DNA of 30,146 bases from Ostreococcus tauri (GCA_000214015.2 CAID01000007.2:250927-281072), one strand, 5' to 3'; shown: positions 8,564-17,393, numbered from the stretch's first letter. The notes: generated from the letters alone by a model not told the origin. Numbers and translations are program-made.

Positions 8564-11500
8564 TTAGGCGACCAACGCCTTCCTCGCAAGGTGTCTCTTG
8601 TACGCACGGATGTCGTCCCGCCAAACCTTTACGCTTTTGTCCTCACACACCCAAATCTCTCTTGCAACTTTGTCAATCAATCTGAAATCGTGACTCACCA
8701 GAACCAGCCCACCTTGGTACTTATTGATAGCGTCCGCTAAGGAATCGATGCAGTCGTGATCGAGGTGATTCGTCGGCTCGTCCAAAAGCAATAGATTTGG
8801 GTTCGCTAGGCACAGCATCGCGAACACCAGTCTAGACTTTTGGCCGTCGGAGAGTTGCGAGATGGGATGTGTCTGATACCGTCCAGTAACTCCAAACTTT
8901 CCAAGATACGAACGCCACTCGTCATTCGGCTTTTTCATGTCATAATATGTCCCTGCAAAGAACTCCAAAGGCGTCGATCGAGGATCGAGGACGTCCACGC
9001 TGTGCTGATGATATCGACCGATGGTCAGATGATGGTGTCGACCGACTTCGCCTAGGCTCGGCTCTACGTCTCCAGTCATAAGTTTTAAGATTGTGGACTT
9101 ACCGGCGCCGTTTGGCCCGACCAGAGCGACGCGAGAATCGCAATCTACGCCAAACTCAAGGTTTTGCAAAAGCATCCCGAGAGATGGATCCGCTGAGGGA
9201 TACTGGAACGAAACGTTCTTGAACGGAAGTACGGGAGGGGCGAGCTTAGAGCACTGCGGAAACGTAAACTCGAACGTCTTCTCCGCTCGTGGCGAAGGCG
9301 TCAACCCCGCGGCTTCCATCTTGTCCAAGATCTTTTGTTTCGATTTGGCCGTCTTCATCTTGTCCTCGTACGTCCCACATGATGCGATGAAGTCCTTCAA
9401 GTGCTTAATCTCAGCTTGTTCTTTATCGTATTGCCTTTGCTGGATGATCTCCTCTTCCGCCAAAGTTCGTCTAAACGTGTCGAAATCGCCCGTATAGTAC
9501 TTGAGCGTCTTGTTCGTGATGCGGATGATGTGAGAGCATACGCCATTGAGAAAGTCCTGCGAGTGCGATATCACGACCAAGCATTTCTTGTATTTAGATA
9601 GGTAATCTTCTAGCCACACACACGCCGACAAGTCGAGGTGATTGGTCGGTTCGTCCAAAAGTAATAATGCGGGTGATGCCAAGAGCGCGCGGGCGAGAGA
9701 AACGCGCATTCTCCAGCCACCTGAGAGCGCCTTGGTCTCGCGATTCATCAACGTTTTATCGAAACCAAGATTGTGCAATAATTCAGCCGATTTCGCCTCA
9801 AACTTTGCTGGATCGAGCTCCTCTAGGCGTTCGTAAATTCCTTGTAAACTCTCGTCGCCCGGACCTTTTGACGATAGGATATCACTCTCGACGGCTTGAA
9901 GTCGAGAGACCTCTTCCCTTATGTGATCGACCACCGCCTCCAGAGCGGTTCGCTCACTCGGTTCTGCCTCTTCACGCAAGTGATAAATATCCACGTGTTT
10001 AGGTACGGGCAGCTCGCGCCTTGCAATTGCTTCTAGGAGCATTGATTTACCGCAGCCGTTGGCGCCGAGTAAGCCGTAACGACGACCGACATTCAACTCC
10101 AAGACACAGTCCTTGATGAGCTCGACCCCGCTAACGGACATAGAGACTTGCTCAAAGCGCATATCTAGCGCCGTTCGACGACTCGCGAGGATTCCCGTTA
10201 TCGCTCTACCTACGTTCTTCAAATCTTGATTGGCTGAAATCTCCGAAGTCGCCTCTGTGGATTCGCTCATGTCTTCCTCCCTGAGCGCGCGACGACGTCG
10301 AGCGCCGCCCTTGCGACTAGCACCGACACCTCGCGCCTCATCTTCGCTCGAGGTAACTTTACCTTGATACACTCGCCATGTGTCTGTGCAGACGTCTCCA
10401 ACGAAGGAAGCGTTGTGACTGATGGTGAGAACACCTCCCTTAAATCGCTTTAGCGCCGATGTCAGTGCGGTGAGAGTCTCATTGTCCAGATAGTTCGTTG
10501 GCTCATCGAGTGCTATGATGTGCGGTTTGATCCACATCGCCGCTGCGAGGACGAGACGTGACTTTTGTCCTCCAGACATTCGCTTAATTTTCCCATCCGC
10601 CAGCTCTTGAGAAATGCCGAAGTCCATGAGGTGCGAATAAACTTCTGACGAGGTGAGAGGCCGAACGTCCATCCCGCTCTGCATTGCCTTCATCATTTCA
10701 TCGTAGTTTTTGCACATCTTTGTTACGTACGATGCCTTGAGAAAGCGTTTTGGCTCCCAGTGTGTAACACCCGGCCTATCGCCAACTTTACGGACCTCGT
10801 AACACAGCTCTCCCCCCTTGACGGCGCGTCCGAGAATTTCGCAAACGCTTCCTCGTGATTGCTGCTGAGACTTTTCCTCGTCAGTGAGCGCCATCGTGGA
10901 CATCTTCGCGACCTCTTTGTCTCGGCCCTGATAAAATCTTGTTTGGATATACTCCTTGGGCGACATGTTCATGTGCTCCTGAAGGTGGTGCATCGAGTGC
11001 TGGGCAATGTACGCGATGCGTAGGTTGTGGTGCTTCCAAATCGTCCCACTCGTGGGCTCGAGCTCACCGACGATGTTTTTCATCAGCGTCGTCTTACCGG
11101 CACCGTTCGCACCGACGACCGCGACGCGGCTACCGAGGTACAATCTCGCATAAACACCACTCAGTACGAGATTATTTGGTCCATATGCGAAGCCCAAGTC
11201 CTCAACCCTCGCTACGACCTGCGTCTTACTTTTTATGCCGTCCAGAGGCCCAGGCTCGGGAAAGACTATCGAAGCACCGAGCGATGTACCATTCGCGCGT
11301 GCTTGCGAACCAGTCATTCTCCTACTCAACCCGCCCGCCAGAGCCGTCGACGCGGCACCGGCTCGTATCGCCACAACGCTTCCAGCAGTGTTTTCCAATA
11401 TATTCGCCTCACTTGCTGCTCGACGTCTAGAGTCACTATCTTTCGAGCCGTCGTCTATCGCTTCGCCCATTTCAGTCGCACGATCCTTGATCGACTCCAC

Positions 11501-12436
11501 TAACTCCTTCTTCATTCTAGGGAGAACTAAATTAGGGCGAGCCGCGCGAAAGCCATCGAAGCCGCCTTCAAACGTGTGCAGTTCCTGTTTGTCAAACTGC
11601 ACGATGTGAGTGGATATCTTTCGCAAAAACTCGTAATCGTGCGAAACACACATGATTGTGGTTCCCTCGAGCGAGCAGAGATAATTTGCCAACCATTCCA
11701 CTGCGCCGACGTCCAAGTGATTCGTAGGTTCGTCCAACAACAGCAAATCAGCGCGGCGCAACATAGCGCTCGCGATACTCAAGCGCATGCGCCATCCCCC
11801 CGAAAGCTCCGCTACCGTTTTATCCATCATTAGATCGTCGAATCCGACGCTTCTCAGCGCGCTCTCGATCGCTTTGACCCCCAGGACGTTCTCGGCCTCG
11901 CTCGCGTCGTCTTCGACCCACTTTCGCACCTCAACGCGCGCCGACGTCAGCACCTCGTGCCGAACGAACACGCACCGAACGTCACGCGGGAACCCTTTCA
12001 CGTCTCCAGATGCCAAACGATTGAGCAGCGTCGTCTTACCCGCCCCGTTATGCCCCACCACGCCGTACCGCGCCCCGCGCTCGAGCCGCAGCGCCGTCCG
12101 CGTGAGGAGCGTCTTCGCCGCGTACGCTAAGATGATCCCATCCAGCGACATCAGCGCCGTCGACGTCGCGCTCGACGTCTCGTCCTCCCTCGACCTCGAC
12201 GACGCCTCGCCATCGTCCGCACCGAGCGCGCGTCCTGAGAACGCGTCGCACAGCGCGTCGACGTCCGCCGCCCCGCAGCCGCTCTCGAGCAAGAAATCAC
12301 CGATCGACGCCCTCACGTCCTCCCTCGCCGTCTCGCTCGGGTCTAGGTCCTCGAGCACGGCGCAGACGTACTCCACGACCTCATCGTCGACCCCGCGCGC
12401 GGTGAGGACGCCGCGAGCACCGTCGACGCCGGACAT
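8564..12436 (-). CDS. ABCF-family ATPase with four nucleotide-binding domains. The N-terminal half is eEF3-like (chromodomain-type insert, no HEAT domain). It is fused in frame to a full ABCF2/Arb1-like half.
   Basis: The track ORF starts with GTG at 12634; the first ATG is 12436 (MSGVDGARG..). Four Walker A motifs: GHNGAGKT, GANGAGKT, GANGCGKS, GPNGAGKS. Four signature + Walker B pairs: LSGGWRMRL..LLLLDEPTNHLD, MSGGQKSRL..IALDEPTNYLD, LSGGWRMRV..LLLLDEPTNHLD, LSDGQKSRL..LLLLDEPTNHLD. The first half matches eEF3 landmarks (FPEPGPLDGIKSK, SPKEYIQTRFYQGRD, and an insert within NBD2). The second half is collinear with ABCF2 (ITGILASRR.., HVDIYHLREE, VVISHSQDFLNGVC, LVLVSHDFRLI). Confidence 0.85.
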   Translation of the reverse strand: MSGVDGARGVLTARGVDDEVVEYVCAVLEDLDPSETAREDVRASIGDFLLESGCGAADVDALCDAFSGRALGADDGEASSRSREDETSSATSTALMSLDGIILAYAAKTLLTRTALRLERGARYGVVGHNGAGKTTLLNRLASGDVKGFPRDVRCVFVRHEVLTSARVEVRKWVEDDASEAENVLGVKAIESALRSVGFDDLMMDKTVAELSGGWRMRLSIASAMLRRADLLLLDEPTNHLDVGAVEWLANYLCSLEGTTIMCVSHDYEFLRKISTHIVQFDKQELHTFEGGFDGFRAARPNLVLPRMKKELVESIKDRATEMGEAIDDGSKDSDSRRRAASEANILENTAGSVVAIRAGAASTALAGGLSRRMTGSQARANGTSLGASIVFPEPGPLDGIKSKTQVVARVEDLGFAYGPNNLVLSGVYARLYLGSRVAVVGANGAGKTTLMKNIVGELEPTSGTIWKHHNLRIAYIAQHSMHHLQEHMNMSPKEYIQTRFYQGRDKEVAKMSTMALTDEEKSQQQSRGSVCEILGRAVKGGELCYEVRKVGDRPGVTHWEPKRFLKASYVTKMCKNYDEMMKAMQSGMDVRPLTSSEVYSHLMDFGISQELADGKIKRMSGGQKSRLVLAAAMWIKPHIIALDEPTNYLDNETLTALTSALKRFKGGVLTISHNASFVGDVCTDTWRVYQGKVTSSEDEARGVGASRKGGARRRRALREEDMSESTEATSEISANQDLKNVGRAITGILASRRTALDMRFEQVSMSVSGVELIKDCVLELNVGRRYGLLGANGCGKSMLLEAIARRELPVPKHVDIYHLREEAEPSERTALEAVVDHIREEVSRLQAVESDILSSKGPGDESLQGIYERLEELDPAKFEAKSAELLHNLGFDKTLMNRETKALSGGWRMRVSLARALLASPALLLLDEPTNHLDLSACVWLEDYLSKYKKCLVVISHSQDFLNGVCSHIIRITNKTLKYYTGDFDTFRRTLAEEEIIQQRQYDKEQAEIKHLKDFIASCGTYEDKMKTAKSKQKILDKMEAAGLTPSPRAEKTFEFTFPQCSKLAPPVLPFKNVSFQYPSADPSLGMLLQNLEFGVDCDSRVALVGPNGAGKSTILKLMTGDVEPSLGEVGRHHHLTIGRYHQHSVDVLDPRSTPLEFFAGTYYDMKKPNDEWRSYLGKFGVTGRYQTHPISQLSDGQKSRLVFAMLCLANPNLLLLDEPTNHLDHDCIDSLADAINKYQGGLVLVSHDFRLIDKVAREIWVCEDKSVKVWRDDIRAYKRHLARKALVA

Positions 12437-12484
12437 GCGAAGTGAAGTGAAGACCGCACCCGCATACGGCGACGCTCGAGCGCG

Positions 12485-14053
12485 ATGGCGACGACGGCGC
12501 GCGCGACGGGAGGCGCGAGCGCGCCGAGCGCGCGGCGAGCGCGCGGCGATCTCGAGCGAGGGGCGAGGTCGAGCGCGCGAGCGCGGGCGAGCGCGAGTTT
12601 CGATGATGACGTCGATGGCGACTCGAACCGTCACGACGGCGACGTGGGACAGTTCCTCGGAGCGATGATTCGAGGCGAGCGCGGACGCAAGCTTCCCCCG
12701 GGACGCGTCGGGTTATTCGGGTGCAGGGAGACGCTGGAATACGTGACGGATCCGAACGGTTTCGTGCGCCGGCGGGTCGAGCGGTACGGGCCGACGTTCA
12801 AGACGGCAATGTTCTTCAAGCCCGCTGTGGTCTTCGGGAGTAAAGACGCCGTGAGAGAGTTTTTGACGTTTGAGGCCGAGTTACCCGCGGATGAGGCGCT
12901 TCCGGAAACGTTTCGCGAGCTTCACACCGAGTACGGAGCGCTGCGGATGTCGGGTAAGCGACACCAAGCGACGCGCGCAAATTTCAAACGCGTCTTAGGG
13001 AGATTCGCGCTCGAGACATACGCCGAAACGATCGGAGAACGCACGCGAGCATTCGTAGAAGATTTGTCGGGTCGGAGTCGGAGTAAGAGCGAAGAGAATG
13101 GCGAGAAGGTAGTCTCATTCAGACCAGGCGTCGAGTGCGTCGATTTTGCCCTCGATCTCCTGTTCGAACTCTTCTTAGGACACGTCCCGGATGAGCGATA
13201 CAAGAGAGCGATGGTCGCGTATAACGCGGGTCTGCTTTCCTTGGGCAAGTGGTCACCCGAGTTCAAATCTGGTCGTACCGCGTTGGATGAGCTTGTCAGG
13301 TACTGCGAGAATCACTTCCGCAGCGTCGTCGCAGCGAACGAGCTCGACGATCCGAAGTACTTCTTCTACAAACAGTACTCGACGGCAAAGGACGAAAATG
13401 GAGAAACATTTAGCGACGAACGAATCGCGACAACGTGCGTGTTAATGGTCTGGGGAGCATACATTGAAGCCGCGGCGCTCATGGGACACGCGTTTACGTT
13501 ACTCGGCGAGCACGCCGATACTCGTCGCGCGGTCGCGCATGAATTCTCCGACGCGGTTTGCTCTCCCATGGATGGATGCCGTCGCATCGCCACTCTGGAT
13601 GATATCATGGCTCTGAAGTTCACCAACGCTGTTACAAAGGAAAGCCTTCGTGTGATGCCACAGACTGCGGGCGGACTCAGAGTGAATCCGTCGGACAGAA
13701 GCTTCGACGGGTACGACATTCCGGCCGGATACGTGCTGACCGCTGATCCGAGAATTCCGTTTCGCGATGAAGCCATCTTTCCGGATCCCGACGAGTTCAA
13801 ACCCGAGAGATTCATTGCCGGCACCGCAGAGGCGGGCGCAAACAACGTCGCAAATGACACCTTCTTTCCCGGAGGCATGGGGCAGCATCAATGCCCCGGA
13901 ATCAACCTCGCCACGGTAATGACGAGTGTGTTTCTCGCCGAGATGATGTCGACGTTCGGCGATCGAGGATGGCGAGAGAAGACGGAGAAGCGTTATGTGA
14001 CGGTCCCAATTGTCATTCTCGATCCAAGTTACGAGGTGGAACTCTTCGTGTGA
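12485..14053 (+). CDS. Cytochrome P450 with no N-terminal membrane anchor; CYP120/CYP26-clan-like (tentative)
   Basis: Heme-binding loop FFPGGMGQHQCPGINLA, K-helix KESLRV, PERF-like KPERF, and an N-terminal KLPPGRVGLFG..YGPTFKT pattern. ATG candidates are 12485 (a Arg/Ala/Ser-rich, transit-peptide-like 60-aa extension) and 12665 (MIRGERGRKLPPG). Clan assignment is from memory only. Confidence 0.85.
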   Translation: MATTARATGGASAPSARRARGDLERGARSSARARASASFDDDVDGDSNRHDGDVGQFLGAMIRGERGRKLPPGRVGLFGCRETLEYVTDPNGFVRRRVERYGPTFKTAMFFKPAVVFGSKDAVREFLTFEAELPADEALPETFRELHTEYGALRMSGKRHQATRANFKRVLGRFALETYAETIGERTRAFVEDLSGRSRSKSEENGEKVVSFRPGVECVDFALDLLFELFLGHVPDERYKRAMVAYNAGLLSLGKWSPEFKSGRTALDELVRYCENHFRSVVAANELDDPKYFFYKQYSTAKDENGETFSDERIATTCVLMVWGAYIEAAALMGHAFTLLGEHADTRRAVAHEFSDAVCSPMDGCRRIATLDDIMALKFTNAVTKESLRVMPQTAGGLRVNPSDRSFDGYDIPAGYVLTADPRIPFRDEAIFPDPDEFKPERFIAGTAEAGANNVANDTFFPGGMGQHQCPGINLATVMTSVFLAEMMSTFGDRGWREKTEKRYVTVPIVILDPSYEVELFV

Positions 14054-14133
14054 GAGGCGCGACGAAACGAGTTTTCAGCGCCATACCCGGTACCTGGTGT
14101 TTGTACAACAACGATTCTTTCTTTACATGTCTG

Positions 14134-14901
14134 CTATGTGTATGCATCGAATTCGCCGTGACGATTGAACCTTACGCACTCAAACGTATCTGGGCACCCG
14201 ATTTCTCTCAACAAAAACTCCGTCGCCGACGCTTGCTCCACCTCCTCGAAATAATGACAGTCCCGCCCACCATCGACCGCGTACGGTGGCGTTTGCACTT
14301 CTAATATCGCGCACGGCGTCACCGCCCGAATTTCGTGCACGTTACAACGATGAGGCTCGAGCGTGAACGCGCCGCCTCGTCCGCTCTCGAAAACCGTCTC
14401 GTCAAACACCAGCCTCGCTTGATGCCGCCTCCCATTCCCAGCCGTCGCCTCCTTGGTCGACAACTCCGAGTGGACATTGTCGTGTACAAAATCAAACGCC
14501 CGCACGTGCGCCCGCCCGAATAACACGCGCATGTGCACGCACATATCCGGATGATTGTGCAGCGGTATCGACTGCCCGCAGTCGAGCATAAACGCGCACA
14601 CCGCGTAATCATCCGCCGAGCGCAACCGCAAGTGCGACACCGCTCGAAGAATCGCGCGCTGACCGTTCGATGGACGTCCACCATCCGCGCTCACGATCGA
14701 TTCCTCGCCGTCGCGCGTCGCGCATCGTCGCGCGAAGTTTTCGATCGACCGCGGGACGTCACCGAGCGTCACGTTGGACATCGCGTCGACGACCGCCTGC
14801 GACGCGCGCGCCTCCATCTGCGCGCGCCTCGACGCCGCCGCGCGTCCAGTGAGTGCGCGCGCGCACGTCGCGTACAGGTGCTCGAGCGCGGGCGCGGTCA
14901 T
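14134..14901 (-). CDS. Cupin-type thiol dioxygenase of the PCO/ADO family (plant cysteine oxidase / 2-aminoethanethiol dioxygenase, DUF1637)
   Basis: The ATG at 14901 (MTAPALEHLYATCARAL) is in frame with track ORF 14134..15378, whose upstream part overlaps the neighbouring gene on the opposite strand. Family motifs are IPLHNHPDMCVHMRVLFGRAHVRAFDF (the His pair that binds Fe) and the later NVHEIRAV. Confidence 0.8.
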   Translation of the reverse strand: MTAPALEHLYATCARALTGRAAASRRAQMEARASQAVVDAMSNVTLGDVPRSIENFARRCATRDGEESIVSADGGRPSNGQRAILRAVSHLRLRSADDYAVCAFMLDCGQSIPLHNHPDMCVHMRVLFGRAHVRAFDFVHDNVHSELSTKEATAGNGRRHQARLVFDETVFESGRGGAFTLEPHRCNVHEIRAVTPCAILEVQTPPYAVDGGRDCHYFEEVEQASATEFLLREIGCPDTFECVRFNRHGEFDAYT

Positions 14902-14990
14902 GCGCGCGGTGTGAAGGTGCGGGCCGACGGCGGTCGTCGTCTCGTCGTCATTCCTCGTCGGCGCTCCACGCCGAAACGCTCGAGCGTCGA

Positions 14991-15010
14991 CGCGCGCGCG
15001 CGCGCGCGCG
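14991..15010. repeat. (CG)10 alternating purine-pyrimidine tract
   Basis: A perfect CGx10 run, the longest I noticed in the window. It lies inside the 129-bp gap between the divergent PCO-like gene (ATG 14901) and CCHC gene (ATG 15031). Confidence 0.9.
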
Positions 15011-15030
15011 GCGCGGGGTGAACGAGACGC

Positions 15031-15747
15031 ATGTCGGATCGCGCGCGCGGCGGCGGGAGAGGCGGTCGAGGCGGCGGTCGAGGCGACGGGAGAGGTGGAT
15101 TCCGTGACGGTCGAGGCGGCGGCGGCCGAGGACGCGGTGGACACGGGCCGAGCACGAACGGTGGAATCTGGCGAAGTAAGGTGACGTGCTTCGGATGTCG
15201 AGGCGTTGGACACACGCTGAGAGACTGTCGAGTCGCGAAGGGCGGCGCCGCGGGATCGGTGCGGGGGGAGAAGACGTGTTACAACTGCGGCTCGCGCGAG
15301 CACACGGCGAGCGCGTGCGCGGAAAAGTGGACGAATTACGCGCACGCGAAGTGCTTCGTGTGCGGAGAGACGGGACATTTGAGTAGATCATGTGGGAAGA
15401 ATGCGAACGGGGTGTACATCAACGGTGGGTGTTGCAAGATTTGTCGGGCGAAGGATCACTTGGTGAAGGATTGTCCGCACAAGGGTGACTCGTGCATTCG
15501 GTGCGGAGAGCGCGGACACTTCGCGGCGCAGTGCACCAAGGTTCCAAACAAGGTTGGGAAGAAAAAGGAGGTTGTTGCGACGGGGCAGAAACGACGCTTC
15601 GGTGGAGATGATCTGGAAGATGATTTCCAGGATGACGTCGAAAAAGCGGGCGATGCGGACGAAGACGAGGGCGACGACGACGACGACGCAGAGCCCGCGA
15701 AAAAGCCGGAAAAGAAGAAGAAAAAGAATCGCGAGGTGGTCTTCTGA
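15031..15747 (+). CDS. RNA-binding protein with an N-terminal RGG box, five CCHC zinc knuckles and an acidic/Lys-rich tail (ZCCHC9/AIR1/CNBP-like)
   Basis: ATG at 15031. RGG box: MSDRARGGGRGGRGGGRGDGRGGFRDGRGGGGRGRGG. Knuckles: CFGCRGVGHTLRDC, CYNCGSREHTASAC, CFVCGETGHLSRSC, CKICRAKDHLVKDC, CIRCGERGHFAAQC. Tail: DADEDEGDDDDD..KKPEKKKKKNREVVF. Confidence 0.85.
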   Translation: MSDRARGGGRGGRGGGRGDGRGGFRDGRGGGGRGRGGHGPSTNGGIWRSKVTCFGCRGVGHTLRDCRVAKGGAAGSVRGEKTCYNCGSREHTASACAEKWTNYAHAKCFVCGETGHLSRSCGKNANGVYINGGCCKICRAKDHLVKDCPHKGDSCIRCGERGHFAAQCTKVPNKVGKKKEVVATGQKRRFGGDDLEDDFQDDVEKAGDADEDEGDDDDDAEPAKKPEKKKKKNREVVF

Positions 15748-15998
15748 CGCGACCGTCTTCCGTTCACGTAGCTTGTTAGTTTTAAAAGTTTTGCTCTTTC
15801 TTCGACGCAGAAGCGCGTTGAATCGAATCATCAATAAAACATGTCGCAGCCAACTCAACTCTATCGCGGCGCGTTCGCGGCGGAAGAAGATGTTGTACAG
15901 GTGAGCGCGCTCGGTGGCGGCGCGACTTTGTTGCGTTGAATGACCTGTGTTTAACGATCGCTCGATATATTGATTGATCACGTAACCAACAGCATCTT

Positions 15999-17237
15999 CT
16001 ACTTTGAAATCTTCTCGGTAGCAGAGGAGATGACACGGTCGAACGCCTTGGACACGCCGTCGATGACGTTTGGCTTGTAGCCGACGAGCTCCGTAGAGAT
16101 ATCAAACATGGCGTTCGCCTTGGCCATGTCTCGGCCCTCGCGCGAAGGCTTGTTGTTGAACGCAATCGTGCGTGTGTCCTCGTTGTTATTGTTGAAGTTA
16201 TCCCAGAGCTGGTCGCCGCCGCCCTTCCAAGCCCAGTACGCGCCTTGTTCGGTGTATCGCGGATCGTACACGATGGACGCGAGGCGCTGGCCAGCTTCTT
16301 CTTCACTGACGTAACCCTTAGTGACGTTCTTTTGAAGTATCGGGAAAAGCCAACGGAAAAAAGGAGTGTGGTTACGGAACAAGTTAGAATCAGCGATGCA
16401 ACCGGGGTACATGGTGCTGAACTTTATGCCGGTGGATTCGCCGTAACGCTCGGCGAAAACCTTGATGTCGAGCATGTTGCAGAGCTTAGAATCCTTGTAC
16501 GCCTTAGCACCGATGAATCGCGAGCCGTCGATGTGCGCTCCTTGGTTACGATCGCTGTTCTTGAAGCCGTTCCTCAATCCGGAGAGGTCGCCCAAACCGG
16601 CGCGCGGCGGTACCTGACCGGCGAGCGTGTTCGTGTTCCCGGTGACCGAACCGACGATTATGAGTCGCTTCATGTTCGCATCCGGCGCCTTGGCCAGGTC
16701 ATCGAGCAGTTCTAAGCACATCAAGTGATGGGCGAGGTGATTCACCCCGACGCACTCCTCGAAACCGTCCTTGGTGTACGACGGCACCGTGGCGTTCGGC
16801 AGATACAGCGCCGCGTTGCACACGAGCGCCTGAAAATTTTTCACGTACGGAGATCGTCGGAACCCCGAGCAGAACTCTCGCACGCTCGCCAACTCGCCGA
16901 GTTCACAGTACATCACCGCGTACGACTTCTTATCGAACCCGAGCTCGTTCGCCTTGGTCTCGCCCTTTCGCGGGTCTCGCACAGCCATGACGACAAAGTA
17001 TCCCTTTTCGATCAGCGCCTTGGCCGTGTACAGACCGAGACCGGACGACGCGCCCGTGATGATGGCCACCGGCTTATTCGCCCCGTTGCTCGGCATGATA
17101 TTTTGCGACGACGAGCCCGCGGCGCGCGCGACCGCGAGCGTCGACGTCCGACGCGCGCGCGACGTGGACGGCTGACGAATCGCGGGCGCGCGACGCGTTC
17201 GCGTCGGCGCGCGATAGTGCGCGGCCACGGCGCGCAT
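15999..17237 (-). CDS. POR: Light-dependent NADPH:protochlorophyllide oxidoreductase (LPOR, SDR family) with a plastid transit peptide
   Basis: ATG at 17237. NADPH-binding motif AIITGASSGLG and catalytic motif AKAYKDSKLCN. LPOR-specific blocks are RLIIVGSVTGNTNTLAGQVPPRAGLGDLSGL, FSTMYPGCIADSNLFRNHTPFFRWLFPILQKNVTKGYVSEEEAGQRLA and YWAW. It carries roughly 30 extra C-terminal residues relative to the plant LPORs I recall. Confidence 0.95.
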   Translation of the reverse strand: MRAVAAHYRAPTRTRRAPAIRQPSTSRARRTSTLAVARAAGSSSQNIMPSNGANKPVAIITGASSGLGLYTAKALIEKGYFVVMAVRDPRKGETKANELGFDKKSYAVMYCELGELASVREFCSGFRRSPYVKNFQALVCNAALYLPNATVPSYTKDGFEECVGVNHLAHHLMCLELLDDLAKAPDANMKRLIIVGSVTGNTNTLAGQVPPRAGLGDLSGLRNGFKNSDRNQGAHIDGSRFIGAKAYKDSKLCNMLDIKVFAERYGESTGIKFSTMYPGCIADSNLFRNHTPFFRWLFPILQKNVTKGYVSEEEAGQRLASIVYDPRYTEQGAYWAWKGGGDQLWDNFNNNNEDTRTIAFNNKPSREGRDMAKANAMFDISTELVGYKPNVIDGVSKAFDRVISSATEKISK

Positions 17238-17352
17238 CGTGCGCGATGTGACGCCGGTGTGCGGAGACGATCGCGCGCGGAGACGAGTCGGGCGACGACG
17301 TGTGCGGCGAGATGCGCGATGACGATGGGTCGAGGTTATCCAATCGAGGACG

Positions 17353-17393
17353 CGTCGAGATCGTCGAGATCGTCGAGATCGTCGAGCTCGTCG
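17353..17393. repeat. Tandem 9-bp repeat (CGTCGAGAT), about 4.5 copies
   Basis: Three perfect copies at 17353-17361, 17362-17370 and 17371-17379. One variant copy (CGTCGAGCT) at 17380-17388, then a partial CGTCG. It directly abuts the TATATATAT tract. Confidence 0.9.

Noticed and set aside
14902-15378. Upstream extension of the PCO-like ORF to 15378, and other ORFs crossing 14850-15400
   Set aside because: The extension overlaps the CCHC/RGG gene on the opposite strand and is Arg/Ala/Ser/Pro low-complexity. The conserved PCO N-terminal region begins right after the Met at 14901.
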